DNA of 64,000 bases from an uncultured Alphaproteobacteria bacterium. GTDB taxonomy: Bacteria; Pseudomonadota; Alphaproteobacteria; HIMB59; GCA-002718135. The stretch covers positions 10,173 through 74,172 of the forward strand of contig CACMPM010000006.1 in NCBI GenBank assembly GCA_902615625.1. The letters run 5' to 3'. Positions 1-9,159 of the stretch are shown here, piece by piece. Position 1 is the first letter of the stretch. Every line of letters starts with the position of its first letter. The position numbers and the translations under genes were made by a program. Below the pieces are notes generated by a model, which saw nothing but the letters and a program-made list of their open reading frames with translations, searched no databases and was not told the DNA's origin.

Positions 1-1759
1 CATGATTGGTTAGAGTATTCATATGAACACCTCTAGAACCCATACTCACATCACCCTTATTGTTTAACCAGGCTAGAGAATGAACTAACCAATTATGATC
101 ATCTCTTTCTTTATAATCTTCTCTTGCATGTGCGCCTCTACTTTCAGTTCGATTCAATGCAGAATGAAGAGTGACTTTTGATTGTGCCATTAAATTGTGT
201 AACTCTAAAGCTTCGACCAAGTCTGTATTAAAAATTAATGATTTATCTTTAATATGTATATCATCCATAGAGCTTTCGACTTTTGAATATTCTTCAATAC
301 CTTTTGATATGAGATCATGCGTTCTAAATACTGCACATTTTTGCTGCATTATATGTTGCATGGAAGTGCGAAGTTCTCCAGTTGTTGAATTTCCTTTACT
401 GTTTCTAATCTTATCAAATCTCTCAATAATATTATCTGTTTTTGAATTACTAATTTCAATTTTTTTAGAATTTGGTTTTACTTTTTCTTTACATGTTAGA
501 CTAGCTGCTTTGCCAAAAACAACAAGATCAATTAATGAATTTGTTCCTAATCTATTAGCGCCGTGTACAGAAACACATGCAGCCTCACCAACAGCCATTA
601 AACCTTCGCACACATTATCTGGATTTTCATTTGTTGGTCTAAGAACTTCTGTTCTGTAATTTGTTGGTATACCACCCATATTGTAATGAACCGTTGGGAG
701 AACTGGTATTGGATCTTTAGTTAGATCAACTCCAGCAAATATTTTTGCAGTTTCTGAAATACCAGGCAATCTTTTATGTAGTGTATCAGCATCAATATGT
801 TCAAGATGAAGGAGCACGTGATCGGCATTATCTCCACAACCTCGATTTTCACTAATTTCAATTGTCATTGCTCGGCTTACCACATCTCTTGATGCTAGAT
901 CTTTTGCATTTGGAGCATATCTTTCCATAAATCTTTCACCATCACTATTGGTTAAATATCCACCTTCTCCTCTTGCTCCCTCAGTGATTAACACCCCTGC
1001 ACCGTAAACACCAGTTGGATGAAACTGAATAAATTCCATATCTGAAAGAGGTAAGTTCTGTCTTAAAGCCATTGCACTACCATCACCAGTACATATGTGA
1101 GCACTCGTAGATGAGAAGTAAGCTCTTCCATATCCACCAGTAGCTAAAATTGTTTGATGAGATAAAAATCGATGGATTGATCCGTCTTCTAAGCACCATG
1201 TTACCACACCAATACAATTACCTTGATCATCAGAAATTAAATCTAAAACAAAATATTCAATATAAAATTCTACATCATTTTTAAGTGATTGCTGATAGAG
1301 TGTATGAAGTAAAGCATGTCCCGTCCTATCAGCTGCCGCACAAGCTCTCATAGCAGGAGCTCCCTCGCCATTATTGGTTAAATGTCCGCCAAAAGGTCTT
1401 TGATAGATCTTGCCATCATCTGTTCTACTAAAGGGCATACCATATTCTTCAAGTTCGATTACTGCTTCAGGGGCTTTAGAACATAAGTATTCAATTGCAT
1501 CTTGATCACCAAGCCAGTCTGAACCCTTAACTGTATCATACATGTGCCACTTCCAATTATCTTCACCCATATTACCTAAAGCAGCTCCAATTCCACCTTG
1601 TGCTGCAACGGTATGACTTCTTGTTGGAAACACTTTTGATATACAGGCTGTTTTTAATCCAGCTTCAGCACATCCAAGCGTAGCTCTGAGTCCTGATCCT
1701 CCAGCTCCAACAACTACAACGTCGTAATGGTGATCAATAATTTTGTATGAATTAGTCAT
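1..1759 (-). CDS. sdhA: Succinate dehydrogenase flavoprotein subunit; about the first 586 codons, with the 3' end running off the left edge of the window
   Basis: Absent from the ORF track because there is no in-window stop. My reverse translation from ATG 1759-1757 gives [26 protein letters not shown] (FAD GxGxxG), then [13 protein letters not shown] (covalent-FAD His motif), then HYNMGGIPT. The start abuts the sdhD stop at 1760. Confidence 0.95.
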   Translation of the reverse strand, partial: MTNSYKIIDHHYDVVVVGAGGSGLRATLGCAEAGLKTACISKVFPTRSHTVAAQGGIGAALGNMGEDNWKWHMYDTVKGSDWLGDQDAIEYLCSKAPEAVIELEEYGMPFSRTDDGKIYQRPFGGHLTNNGEGAPAMRACAAADRTGHALLHTLYQQSLKNDVEFYIEYFVLDLISDDQGNCIGVVTWCLEDGSIHRFLSHQTILATGGYGRAYFSSTSAHICTGDGSAMALRQNLPLSDMEFIQFHPTGVYGAGVLITEGARGEGGYLTNSDGERFMERYAPNAKDLASRDVVSRAMTIEISENRGCGDNADHVLLHLEHIDADTLHKRLPGISETAKIFAGVDLTKDPIPVLPTVHYNMGGIPTNYRTEVLRPTNENPDNVCEGLMAVGEAACVSVHGANRLGTNSLIDLVVFGKAASLTCKEKVKPNSKKIEISNSKTDNIIERFDKIRNSKGNSTTGELRTSMQHIMQQKCAVFRTHDLISKGIEEYSKVESSMDDIHIKDKSLIFNTDLVEALELHNLMAQSKVTLHSALNRTESRGAHAREDYKERDDHNWLVHSLAWLNNKGDVSMGSRGVHMNTLTNH

Positions 1760-2089
1760 CTAAAACACTATTCTCACTAAATTTACAGTAATTAAAATCA
1801 TGATAAAATAAATAAGAAAATTAATTGATACTTTAATAAATTTGGCTGTCTTTTTCGATGTGACATAATCTTCAATAATTGTTTGCAATCCCAATTTTGA
1901 ATGCAGAAGCATAGATTGCATCATAACGAAAAATAAGAATGCATTAAAATAAGATTGAAAAAAAATTTCTATTTCAGAATAGGTCATCTTTGATAATGAT
2001 ATTGCAGAATATATAAACCAAAACGTCAAAGGTATTAAAATAGAAGCAGTGATTCTTTGAGTTAACCATTTAAGAGCATAATTTTTCAT
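1760..2089 (-). CDS. sdhD: Succinate dehydrogenase hydrophobic membrane anchor subunit
   Basis: 109 aa and hydrophobic (about 3 TM helices). It has an ATGA overlap with sdhC and lies directly upstream of sdhA, the canonical sdhCDA order. Confidence 0.8.
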   Translation of the reverse strand: MKNYALKWLTQRITASILIPLTFWFIYSAISLSKMTYSEIEIFFQSYFNAFLFFVMMQSMLLHSKLGLQTIIEDYVTSKKTAKFIKVSINFLIYFIMILITVNLVRIVF

Positions 2090-2466
2090 GCAAAATACCA
2101 GACAATTAAACTAGAAATTAAAGTTAAACATATAACAACGTAACCAGATTTATATACTTGAGATAATTCCATTCCAATACCGAATGACCAATATAATTTT
2201 CTACATCCATTAAATAGATGATAAAAAATACCAACAGTCCAGATCATTAGAACTATTTTAAACAAAATACTCTTAGAAAAACTTTCAAAATAAATATAAA
2301 ATTCAGGACCAAAACTAATCAAAAAAAACCAAATTGAAATTAATAGTGCTCCTACACTTAATCCTATTCCAGATATCCTGTGAAAAATTGAAAATACTGC
2401 TGTTAGTACTCTTTTATGAATAGATAGGTGAGGTGATAATGGTCTATTATCAGTCATTTTTTTCAT
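2086..2466 (-). CDS. sdhC: Succinate dehydrogenase cytochrome b556 subunit
   Basis: 126 aa with the RPLSPHLSIHK motif typical of SdhC, plus three hydrophobic helices. It is the first gene of the sdhCDA block. Confidence 0.85.
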   Translation of the reverse strand: MKKMTDNRPLSPHLSIHKRVLTAVFSIFHRISGIGLSVGALLISIWFFLISFGPEFYIYFESFSKSILFKIVLMIWTVGIFYHLFNGCRKLYWSFGIGMELSQVYKSGYVVICLTLISSLIVWYFA

Positions 2467-2574
2467 ATTTTTTATGCTTCATAAGTAAGTATTTTTCTTA
2501 AAATTTCAAAATATTAATGGTTTAGTTATATTTTCTTACTATCATGGAAGTTTGTAAAATGTTGATAAAAAGTG

Positions 2575-2617
2575 CCAAATTTTATGAAAATCAACCAAAT
2601 TTTATACCAAATTTAAC
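2575..2617. repeat. Three direct copies of CCAAATTT(T)A in the sdhC upstream spacer
   Basis: CCAAATTTTAT occurs at 2575-2585 and again at 2595-2605. A degenerate third copy, CCAAATTTAAC, is at 2607-2617. Read directly from the sequence. Confidence 0.8.
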
Positions 2618-2660
2618 TAAAAATCTTGAATTTTAAATAGATAGATATTACTCTTAATAA

Positions 2661-2796
2661 GCCGGATAATACTCGTTTCTTAGCTTCGGAGGAACGCCAA
2701 GAATTTTAATTATCTTACCCGCCGTTTGATAATTAGTTGAGTTTCTTATTCTAGAGAGGTGTCTGCCAAGGTACAAACTAGTTTTAGAGTCCGGCC
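2661..2796 (+). ncRNA. Candidate structured RNA of unknown family (G/C-enriched island in an AT-rich spacer)
   Basis: Hand fold. The closing helix is GCCGG(2661-65)/CCGGC(2791-95) plus ACUC(2671-74)/GAGU(2787-90). One hairpin, CGUUUC/GGAACG, carries a C(UUCG)G tetraloop at 2684-89. A 9-bp hairpin (2706-14/2728-36) presents a C-rich 13-nt loop. G-U pairs and the UUCG loop favour the + strand. No family match was recognised by eye. Confidence 0.3.
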
Positions 2797-3782
2797 TACT
2801 TTAAATTTTTATTAAAAAATTCCTCCATCTTTTTAGAATATACTTCTGGATATTTAAACATAGCATCTACATGATAAGAGTTTTCAACTAACCAAAACTC
2901 AGCATTAATTTTATTTTGATTTGTATAATCTTTAAAATAGTTAAAGTGTCTTGTTAAGATTCTTGTATCAGAATCGCCATGAGTAAAAAAATAGTATTGT
3001 TTATTTGATAATTTTTTAGCTGGAGATAATTCTCTTGGATCAGTTCCGGTTAAGATTCTTCCAGCTAAACTTACTACTGGCCCAAATTCTATAGTAAGAC
3101 CATATCTTGCTATTTCATCTTTTAAAATCATATTAAATTCAGCAAGTGAACTATCGGCCCACACTGCACGTATTTCCGGTTCAGCATGTGCTGCAAAAAT
3201 AGATGTGCTTGCTCCAAGAGATATTCCATGTAATCCAATGCTATTAGACTTGAAACCAATTTCCTTTAAAAAATCAAATGCACCAAGAATATCATTAAAT
3301 GACTTTAAACCTAAATCATCATAACTACTTACAGTATCACTTTGGCCGTAGTTTCTTAAATCTATCGTAAGAACATTAAATTTTTTATTAACTAAAAAAC
3401 TTGCAATAAGATTGGCTTCAGACTTACATTTACCGTTAGGACTTATACCATGAGTAACAATTATAATTGGTCTATTTGGAAAATAATTAAACAGCCATCC
3501 ATTAATCTTAATATCTGAGTCACGAGATTGAAAGTATACATCTTGCCATTCATCTAAATAATAATCTTTAAAGTTAAAATTTTCTCTTACTTTTTGTCGT
3601 GCAAGAATTGAGTATTCATGTGAATCAACTGTTGTACTCCATGTATTAGGAAGGGATCCTTCATGCAAACCACAAGTTGGATCTATTTTTAAAATTTGAA
3701 AAGCAACATAAAAACCTGCAGTAAAATAAACCACTATTAATAAAACTACTGTACTGACTAAAAATCTGATTATGTATTTCAT
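2796..3782 (-). CDS. Membrane-anchored alpha/beta-fold hydrolase
   Basis: N-terminal TM helix. Nucleophile elbow HGISLGAS (GxSxG), with later HGDSD and NSYHVD consistent with a Ser-Asp-His triad. I prefer ATG at 3782 (1-nt TGATG overlap with the zapE stop) over the TTG at 3785 used by the track. Confidence 0.75.
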   Translation of the reverse strand: MKYIIRFLVSTVVLLIVVYFTAGFYVAFQILKIDPTCGLHEGSLPNTWSTTVDSHEYSILARQKVRENFNFKDYYLDEWQDVYFQSRDSDIKINGWLFNYFPNRPIIIVTHGISPNGKCKSEANLIASFLVNKKFNVLTIDLRNYGQSDTVSSYDDLGLKSFNDILGAFDFLKEIGFKSNSIGLHGISLGASTSIFAAHAEPEIRAVWADSSLAEFNMILKDEIARYGLTIEFGPVVSLAGRILTGTDPRELSPAKKLSNKQYYFFTHGDSDTRILTRHFNYFKDYTNQNKINAEFWLVENSYHVDAMFKYPEVYSKKMEEFFNKNLK

Positions 3783-4816
3783 CAATCTGGTTTTACTATA
3801 GTCATTTCATATAATCTGCTAGCAGTTCTTTTAAATTCTTCCGCTAGAGTATTTATATTATTTAATGAATTTATAGGTTTTGATGCTAAAATTACAATTG
3901 AACAATTATTTTCATATAACATATCGATTAATCCAATAAATCTTCTGCACGAATCTTTTTTTTGATTATCAAATTCAGGAACATTTTTTAAAAATAACAA
4001 CTTAAATTTATCTGCAATACTTTTATAATCTTCATTACCAAAATTTACTTCACAAAGATTTTCAAAATTTATCATCATTAGATTTGATGTGCATTTATCA
4101 AACTCTAGTTCACGACTTTTAGATTTTATTTTTACAGTTGTTAAATGTGAGGGATCAACAAAGCGATTAAATAATTTTTCAAATTCATTTGACGTTTCAG
4201 TTGTTATAGGTGTGAAATATGTTTTTGATTGATTTAATGTTTGTCGGCGAAAATCTGTTTTAATACTAATATCATAAAGGAAGAAATTTTCTTTAATTAA
4301 ATCAATAAATGGTAGAAAATCGTTTCTCTGCAAACCATCTTTATATAAATCATCTGGATGAAAATTTGATGAAAGTAATATAAATATTTTATACTTTGAA
4401 AAATAATTAAATATTTTTTTAATGATCAATGCGTCAACAATATTAAAAATATGTAACTCATCAATAAATATTATTTTGAAATCTCTACTTAAATTCTTGA
4501 CATAATTTTCAATTGCAAGTTCTTTATTATCTGAGTTTTTTACTTGATCATGAATTTCATTCATCAAGTTATTAAAATGAATTTTTTTTCCAATTTTGCT
4601 ATTTTGATAAAACAAATTTAATAAAAATGTTTTTCCCGTTCCTACTTGACCATAAAGATAAATTCCTTCAAAAATTTTATCCTTAAAAAAAAGTTTAGTT
4701 TTACTATAAGAAGACCATACATTATTAGCTTGTTTTAAAAATTTAATTTGATCAACATTCTTTCTAATAAAATTATTTTCTACAAAACTATTGTACTGGT
4801 CGATAACATTAAACAT
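3782..4816 (-). CDS. zapE: AFG1-family ATPase (ZapE-like)
   Basis: 344 aa. Walker A is GQVGTGKTFL and Walker B-like is IIFIDELH. Overall AFG1/ZapE architecture. Confidence 0.85.
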   Translation of the reverse strand: MFNVIDQYNSFVENNFIRKNVDQIKFLKQANNVWSSYSKTKLFFKDKIFEGIYLYGQVGTGKTFLLNLFYQNSKIGKKIHFNNLMNEIHDQVKNSDNKELAIENYVKNLSRDFKIIFIDELHIFNIVDALIIKKIFNYFSKYKIFILLSSNFHPDDLYKDGLQRNDFLPFIDLIKENFFLYDISIKTDFRRQTLNQSKTYFTPITTETSNEFEKLFNRFVDPSHLTTVKIKSKSRELEFDKCTSNLMMINFENLCEVNFGNEDYKSIADKFKLLFLKNVPEFDNQKKDSCRRFIGLIDMLYENNCSIVILASKPINSLNNINTLAEEFKRTASRLYEMTIVKPD

Positions 4817-4941
4817 TATTTTTTACCTAAATATTGTTCTAACTTTTTGAATGTCTCAAGTTCACCACTTGTAAGTTTATTTTTTTCTTTTTTCTTTTTC
4901 AAACGCTTATATTCTTCTATAAGATAATTTAAACTTTCCAT
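4816..4941 (-). CDS. Small hypothetical protein, 41 aa, charged and helical (MESLNYLIEEYKRLKKKKEKNKLTSGELETFKKLEQYLGKK)
   Basis: Below the ORF-track size cut-off. It exactly fills the 132-nt gap between the MFS gene and zapE. Its ATG is 7 nt after the MFS stop and its TAA overlaps the zapE ATG by 1 nt (TAATG). Coding status rests on packing only. Confidence 0.35.
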   Translation of the reverse strand: MESLNYLIEEYKRLKKKKEKNKLTSGELETFKKLEQYLGKK

Positions 4942-4948
4942 TATTTTT

Positions 4949-6142
4949 TTACTCATGTTTATAAACTATAGGTAAAACTGCAGATACAATAATCATAATT
5001 GAGCTAATTAAAAAGATTGCTACGATTCCAAAACCCCAATCTATTGCATATCCAAAAATTACAGGAGATAACGCACTTGCAAATACTCCGACTCCATGAA
5101 GTAATGCCTTCGCAGTACCAATACTTTTTACTCCATAAATTTCTGCCCAAAGAGAGCCCATAAAGGGAGCAGATAAGCCAAGGTTAAAACCAAAAAGTGA
5201 CATATAAATTACAAATGCAAAATAATTATTAAAAAAGAAGAGAATAAAAACACTGATAAGTAAAGGTGCTAAAACAAATGGTATTGCTCTTTTAGTATTT
5301 ATTTTGTCAATCAAAGGACCACCAATTATCAATCCAATAATTGAACACAAACCAAATATTAAATATCCATCTCCAAGCATTTCAATTGACCATCCTTTAG
5401 AGTCAAAAATAAAAATCTGATGAAAAATTAAACCAGTTCCAATAAATGGGGAACTTAAAGCTAAAGGAAAATAAATGAAAAAAATTCTATCAGTGAGGAT
5501 TTGAGTAATAGTCCAGTGCTTGTGTACTTGTTGATTTTTTATTTTTTTTAGAAGAGTCAAATCTCTTTTCTTTTGATCAAAAAGTAAAATAGACATTAAA
5601 GGTATTAACAAAAGCAAGCTTAAAGCTGAATAAAACCATATACTTTTGAAATCTAAAAAAGTTTGTAAACTAACCACTAATTTAGGTATAAGCATTATTC
5701 CTAACATTCCCCCTAAAGTAGCTACAGATATTGCCTTACCCCTATCAACAGAAAAATATCTCGCCATAGATGTAGAACCTGCATGTGTCATTGCACCCTG
5801 CCCAAAAAATCTCAGTAAAAATAGAATTATAAAAAGATGAATAATATTATCAAAAATAAAATTAAAACCAATGCATGCTAATGCTAAACCAATTATTATT
5901 AAAGTGGAATAAATTCTTAATTCAATTTTATCTATTAGCTTAGCAAAATTAATAAATAAAAAGGAACTAACAAGTGTAGCTACGGCATATACAAATCCAA
6001 ATTGACCATCAGTTAAATTATAAAAATTACGAATATCTTCATTGAATAGCGCGATATAGAAAGTTTGCCCGTAACTTCCAAAAAATACTATTACAAAGCC
6101 ATAAATTAATAGATAAGGATCATGAAAAAAAAATCTTTTCAT
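4949..6142 (-). CDS. Major facilitator superfamily transporter
   Basis: 397 aa with about 12 hydrophobic helices and a basic central loop (QKKRDLTLLKKIKNQQVHKH). Confidence 0.8.
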   Translation of the reverse strand: MKRFFFHDPYLLIYGFVIVFFGSYGQTFYIALFNEDIRNFYNLTDGQFGFVYAVATLVSSFLFINFAKLIDKIELRIYSTLIIIGLALACIGFNFIFDNIIHLFIILFLLRFFGQGAMTHAGSTSMARYFSVDRGKAISVATLGGMLGIMLIPKLVVSLQTFLDFKSIWFYSALSLLLLIPLMSILLFDQKKRDLTLLKKIKNQQVHKHWTITQILTDRIFFIYFPLALSSPFIGTGLIFHQIFIFDSKGWSIEMLGDGYLIFGLCSIIGLIIGGPLIDKINTKRAIPFVLAPLLISVFILFFFNNYFAFVIYMSLFGFNLGLSAPFMGSLWAEIYGVKSIGTAKALLHGVGVFASALSPVIFGYAIDWGFGIVAIFLISSIMIIVSAVLPIVYKHE

Positions 6143-6148
6143 ATATAC

Positions 6149-6820
6149 TCAAAGGATTTCTTTTATACTATTTAAAAGTTTCACCATTTTATTTTGATTT
6201 ATTCTTCCTGTATTTACATTTCTTGGGCTTGGGTGATAACTGCCAATTAATAATTTATTATCTGGCAAGATATTTTTTGTGCCATGTGAAAAAATAAAGT
6301 CTTTATTTTTTATTTCATAGTATTGTTTATAATAATTTAAACACGCATCATAACCAATTTTTCCAAGGGCAACTATAATGCTTACATTTTTTAAATAACT
6401 TATTTCTTCGTTAAAGTAATTAAAACAAGTTTTTAATTCTTTAGAGGTAGGTTTATCTTCTGGTGGAACACACTTAAGGGCAGTAGTTAAATACATATTT
6501 TTTAATACTAAACCATCATTTTTGTTTGTAGAGTTAGGTTGATTTGCAAATCCAGTTTTATATAAACAAGAAAATAAAAAATCTGCAGATTTATCACCTG
6601 TAAAAACACGACCTGTTCTATTGCCACCGTGAGCAGCAGGTGCAAGACCTACCATTAATAATTTTGCTTTTTGATCACCATATCCAGTAATTGGCTTACC
6701 CCAATATATTTGATCGATGTATTGTTTTCTTTTTTCCTTTGCAATTTTTTCACGGAAATTAACTAAACGTTCACACTTAGTACAATGAGTTATAGTTTTA
6801 TTTAAATTACTTAATGTCAT
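6149..6820 (-). CDS. Uracil-DNA glycosylase superfamily protein (family 4/5 type)
   Basis: N-terminal CTKCERL and the motif GLAPAAHGGNRTGRVFTGD, characteristic of family-5 (UdgB-like) and family-4 UDGs. C-terminal HPSPRN motif. Confidence 0.85.
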   Translation of the reverse strand: MTLSNLNKTITHCTKCERLVNFREKIAKEKRKQYIDQIYWGKPITGYGDQKAKLLMVGLAPAAHGGNRTGRVFTGDKSADFLFSCLYKTGFANQPNSTNKNDGLVLKNMYLTTALKCVPPEDKPTSKELKTCFNYFNEEISYLKNVSIIVALGKIGYDACLNYYKQYYEIKNKDFIFSHGTKNILPDNKLLIGSYHPSPRNVNTGRINQNKMVKLLNSIKEIL

Positions 6821-6850
6821 TTGGAAGATATATATCTATATTACAGCTAA

Positions 6851-7414
6851 GTGATTAATGAAAGAGCTAAAGCGATCTTAGAATTTTGTTTTATCAAAAC
6901 TCAACTTGAACAATGGTTTCAAAAAAGTGAAAAATTTGACAAAATTTTGAAGAATAATTTTATGACTGATTATATGAAAGCGATAAATAATGAATATGAT
7001 AGTTGGTCTAATAATCCCGAAGAATGTGTTGCACTAATTATGTTGCTTGATCAATTATCAAGGAATTTTTTTAGAAATAGTTCAAAAGCGTATGGTCAAG
7101 ATGCTAAGTGCATATCAATAGTAAGAAATGCAATAAGTAAAAGATTTGTAGAAAAATTAAATGATGACAAAATTCATTTTTTATTATTACCTTTAATTCA
7201 TAGTGAAAATATGGATGATCATATTCTTGGACATAAACTAGTTGATCAATACTTAAATAAACATGCAGAATTCGATAATATAAAAAAAGTTTGGAATTAT
7301 CATACTGTAGCGATTAAAAAGTTTGGAAGATATCCTCATAGAAATAAGATATTAAAGAGAGAAAGCACAATAGAAGAAATAGATTTCTTAAAACAACCTA
7401 ATTCTTCTTGGTAG
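6851..7414 (+). CDS. DUF924 family protein
   Basis: 187 aa. The C-terminal FGRYPHRNKILKRESTIEEIDFL matches the hallmark (R/Y)PHRN..LGR.ST.EE..FL motif of DUF924. GTG start. Confidence 0.8.
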   Translation: MINERAKAILEFCFIKTQLEQWFQKSEKFDKILKNNFMTDYMKAINNEYDSWSNNPEECVALIMLLDQLSRNFFRNSSKAYGQDAKCISIVRNAISKRFVEKLNDDKIHFLLLPLIHSENMDDHILGHKLVDQYLNKHAEFDNIKKVWNYHTVAIKKFGRYPHRNKILKRESTIEEIDFLKQPNSSW

Positions 7415-7423
7415 TTGTTTAAA

Positions 7424-8263
7424 TTATTTTTGTTCTACTCCAGTTAGTGCACTAACAAATTGTTTCTGAAACATATAAATAAATACTAAGGGAAGAAATC
7501 CTGCAATTGAGGATGCAGCAAATTGCTGATTCCATATCATTTCATATTCAGTTGAAAATCTTCCAAGTGTAACTTGAATAAGATGGAGTTCAGGTGAAGG
7601 TGCTGCTATTAAGGGCCAAAGGTAAGATTCCCATTGAAAGACAAATAGAAGTAATCCAGCACCAAGAGTGACTGGTACTGAAAGAGGAAGACATATTCTC
7701 CAAAATACACCAAACCAACTTAATCCATCAACTCTTGCCGCCTCAATAAGCTCTTTTGGAATACCTAAAAAAAATTGTCGATATAAGAAAATAATTAATC
7801 CATTTGCTAACATAGGAATTATTAATGCATAGAAAGTATCAAACCATCCTATTTGCCTCATCATTTTAAACAAAGGAATTGCAATTGCATCCGCTGGTAC
7901 TGCAAAAGATAGAAGAACAAAGCCAAAAATTATATTATCACCTTTAAATCTAAATTGTGCGAATGCAAACCCGGCCATGGAGTTAATTAATAAACCACCA
8001 GCAACAGAGGTTATAGAAACAAAAAAAGTGTTTAACATAGATCGACCAAAATCATTTTCAAAAATTGCAAAATATGAATCTAATGAAAATCCTGGAAGGA
8101 ATGCTTTATGGCTTATAGGAGCAAGATCTCTAAAAATTTGAGAGTTACTTTTAAATGAAGCTGCTACTCCCCACCAAAAAGGGAGAATAGTTATAATTAA
8201 TCCAATAAATATAATTAAGTACCATAAATAAACAGACCATTGTCTTTTAAAATGCATTATCAT
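7424..8263 (-). CDS. Carbohydrate-type (CUT1) ABC transporter permease
   Basis: 279 aa, 6 TM helices, EAA loop EAARVDGLSWFGVFWRICLP. ATGA overlap with the upstream permease. Confidence 0.9.
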   Translation of the reverse strand: MIMHFKRQWSVYLWYLIIFIGLIITILPFWWGVAASFKSNSQIFRDLAPISHKAFLPGFSLDSYFAIFENDFGRSMLNTFFVSITSVAGGLLINSMAGFAFAQFRFKGDNIIFGFVLLSFAVPADAIAIPLFKMMRQIGWFDTFYALIIPMLANGLIIFLYRQFFLGIPKELIEAARVDGLSWFGVFWRICLPLSVPVTLGAGLLLFVFQWESYLWPLIAAPSPELHLIQVTLGRFSTEYEMIWNQQFAASSIAGFLPLVFIYMFQKQFVSALTGVEQK

Positions 8264-9153
8264 TTGACTTTTATTCCTTCATTTTTTTCACTTAAAAATA
8301 ATAGCTGAAGACCTATAACTATAAGAGTTATAACAGTTAGAATAGTTATGATTGAAAGAGATCTTCCCCAATCTTGATAATAAAATCCACTTCTGTAACC
8401 TTCATAAATTAAAACATTAGTTGATTGTAATGGACCACCTTTAGTTAAAATAATCATGGGCACCATTAAGACAAAATTTGCTGCTGTATCTGCTACGAAG
8501 ACAAAAAGTATTGTTCTTTTTAATTGTGGGATCGTAACATATCTAAATTTTTGAAAAGGTGTTGCACCATCAATCTCTGCAGCCTCGTAGTATTGTTTAG
8601 GAATGTCTTCCAGTCCTGCCAATAAGAACAGCATCCAAAACGCCACACCTTTCCAAGTAGCAATTGCAATTATGCACCATAAGGCTTGATTTTCACTAAC
8701 CAAGAAAGGTTGTGGAGGAATTCCAAAAACTCCAATTAGACCATTAATTAATCCTTGGTTTGGATCTAACATTAGACCCCAGATAATTGTAGCGATAGGA
8801 AGTGCTATCCCAATTGGTAATAGATAGAGTGATCTAATAATTCTAATAAATTTTGATTTCCTCATCAATAATAATGCTAATCCCAATGACATAGCTATTT
8901 GAAGAGGGTTAATAATAATTGTTAAAAAAGCAGTTATTTCTAGAGATTTCCAAAATATTTTATCGTCAAATAAATATTGATAATTTTCAAACCAAACAAA
9001 AATTCTTTTTTCAGCACCACCACTAAAGCTTGTGTAGATAAGGCTTTCCCAGAAGCCAATAAAAATAGGGTAAAGTTTAAAAGCAATAGTTCCAATAAGA
9101 GCTGGTGCTAAAAACAGGTATGGAACCATCCATTGTCTTTTAAAAAAATTCAT
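8260..9153 (-). CDS. Carbohydrate-type (CUT1) ABC transporter permease
   Basis: 297 aa with EAA loop YEAAEIDGATPFQKFRYVTIP. MalF/UgpA-like topology. Confidence 0.9.
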   Translation of the reverse strand: MNFFKRQWMVPYLFLAPALIGTIAFKLYPIFIGFWESLIYTSFSGGAEKRIFVWFENYQYLFDDKIFWKSLEITAFLTIIINPLQIAMSLGLALLLMRKSKFIRIIRSLYLLPIGIALPIATIIWGLMLDPNQGLINGLIGVFGIPPQPFLVSENQALWCIIAIATWKGVAFWMLFLLAGLEDIPKQYYEAAEIDGATPFQKFRYVTIPQLKRTILFVFVADTAANFVLMVPMIILTKGGPLQSTNVLIYEGYRSGFYYQDWGRSLSIITILTVITLIVIGLQLLFLSEKNEGIKVK

Positions 9154-9159
9154 ACTTTA

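Noticed and set aside
171-659. 162-aa + strand ORF from the track. The same applies to 5646-5840, 10253-10489, 12667-12864, 14869-15162, 15455-15652, 15895-16521, 16926-17165, 18189-18395, 19348-19539, 19773-20240, 21267-21716, 22409-22603, 23285-23512, 32244-32471, 35531-35716, 36230-36454, 37974-38231, 41941-42237, 43119-43334, 46226-46486, 48855-49139, 50084-50353, 51717-52022, 53469-53663, 56543-56767, 57226-57519, 60632-60820 and 61848-62153.
   Set aside because: All lie antisense to, or out of frame within, well-supported conserved genes. They have low-complexity or hydrophobic junk-like translations and no start context. They are shadow ORFs.
2544-2636. 30-codon + strand ORF (MEVCKMLIKSAKFYENQPNFIPNLTKNLEF) covering the CCAAATTT repeats just upstream of the RNA candidate
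   Set aside because: It has no SD, and the repeats explain the periodic peptide. A 30-codon open frame among six frames of a 330-nt spacer is not unexpected. It is mentioned only as a possible leader-peptide alternative.
2675-2700. The idea that the 2661-2796 element is the SRP (4.5S) RNA, prompted by GGAACGCCAAG resembling GGAAGCAGCCAAGG of E. coli 4.5S RNA and by ffh/ftsY being in the window
   Set aside because: The tetraloop is UUCG rather than GNRA. The 5' side lacks the AGG symmetric-loop residues and the 3' side lacks AGCA. The hairpin is not at the apex of a single long helix. I cannot exclude it without a covariance-model search, so it is left as unassigned.
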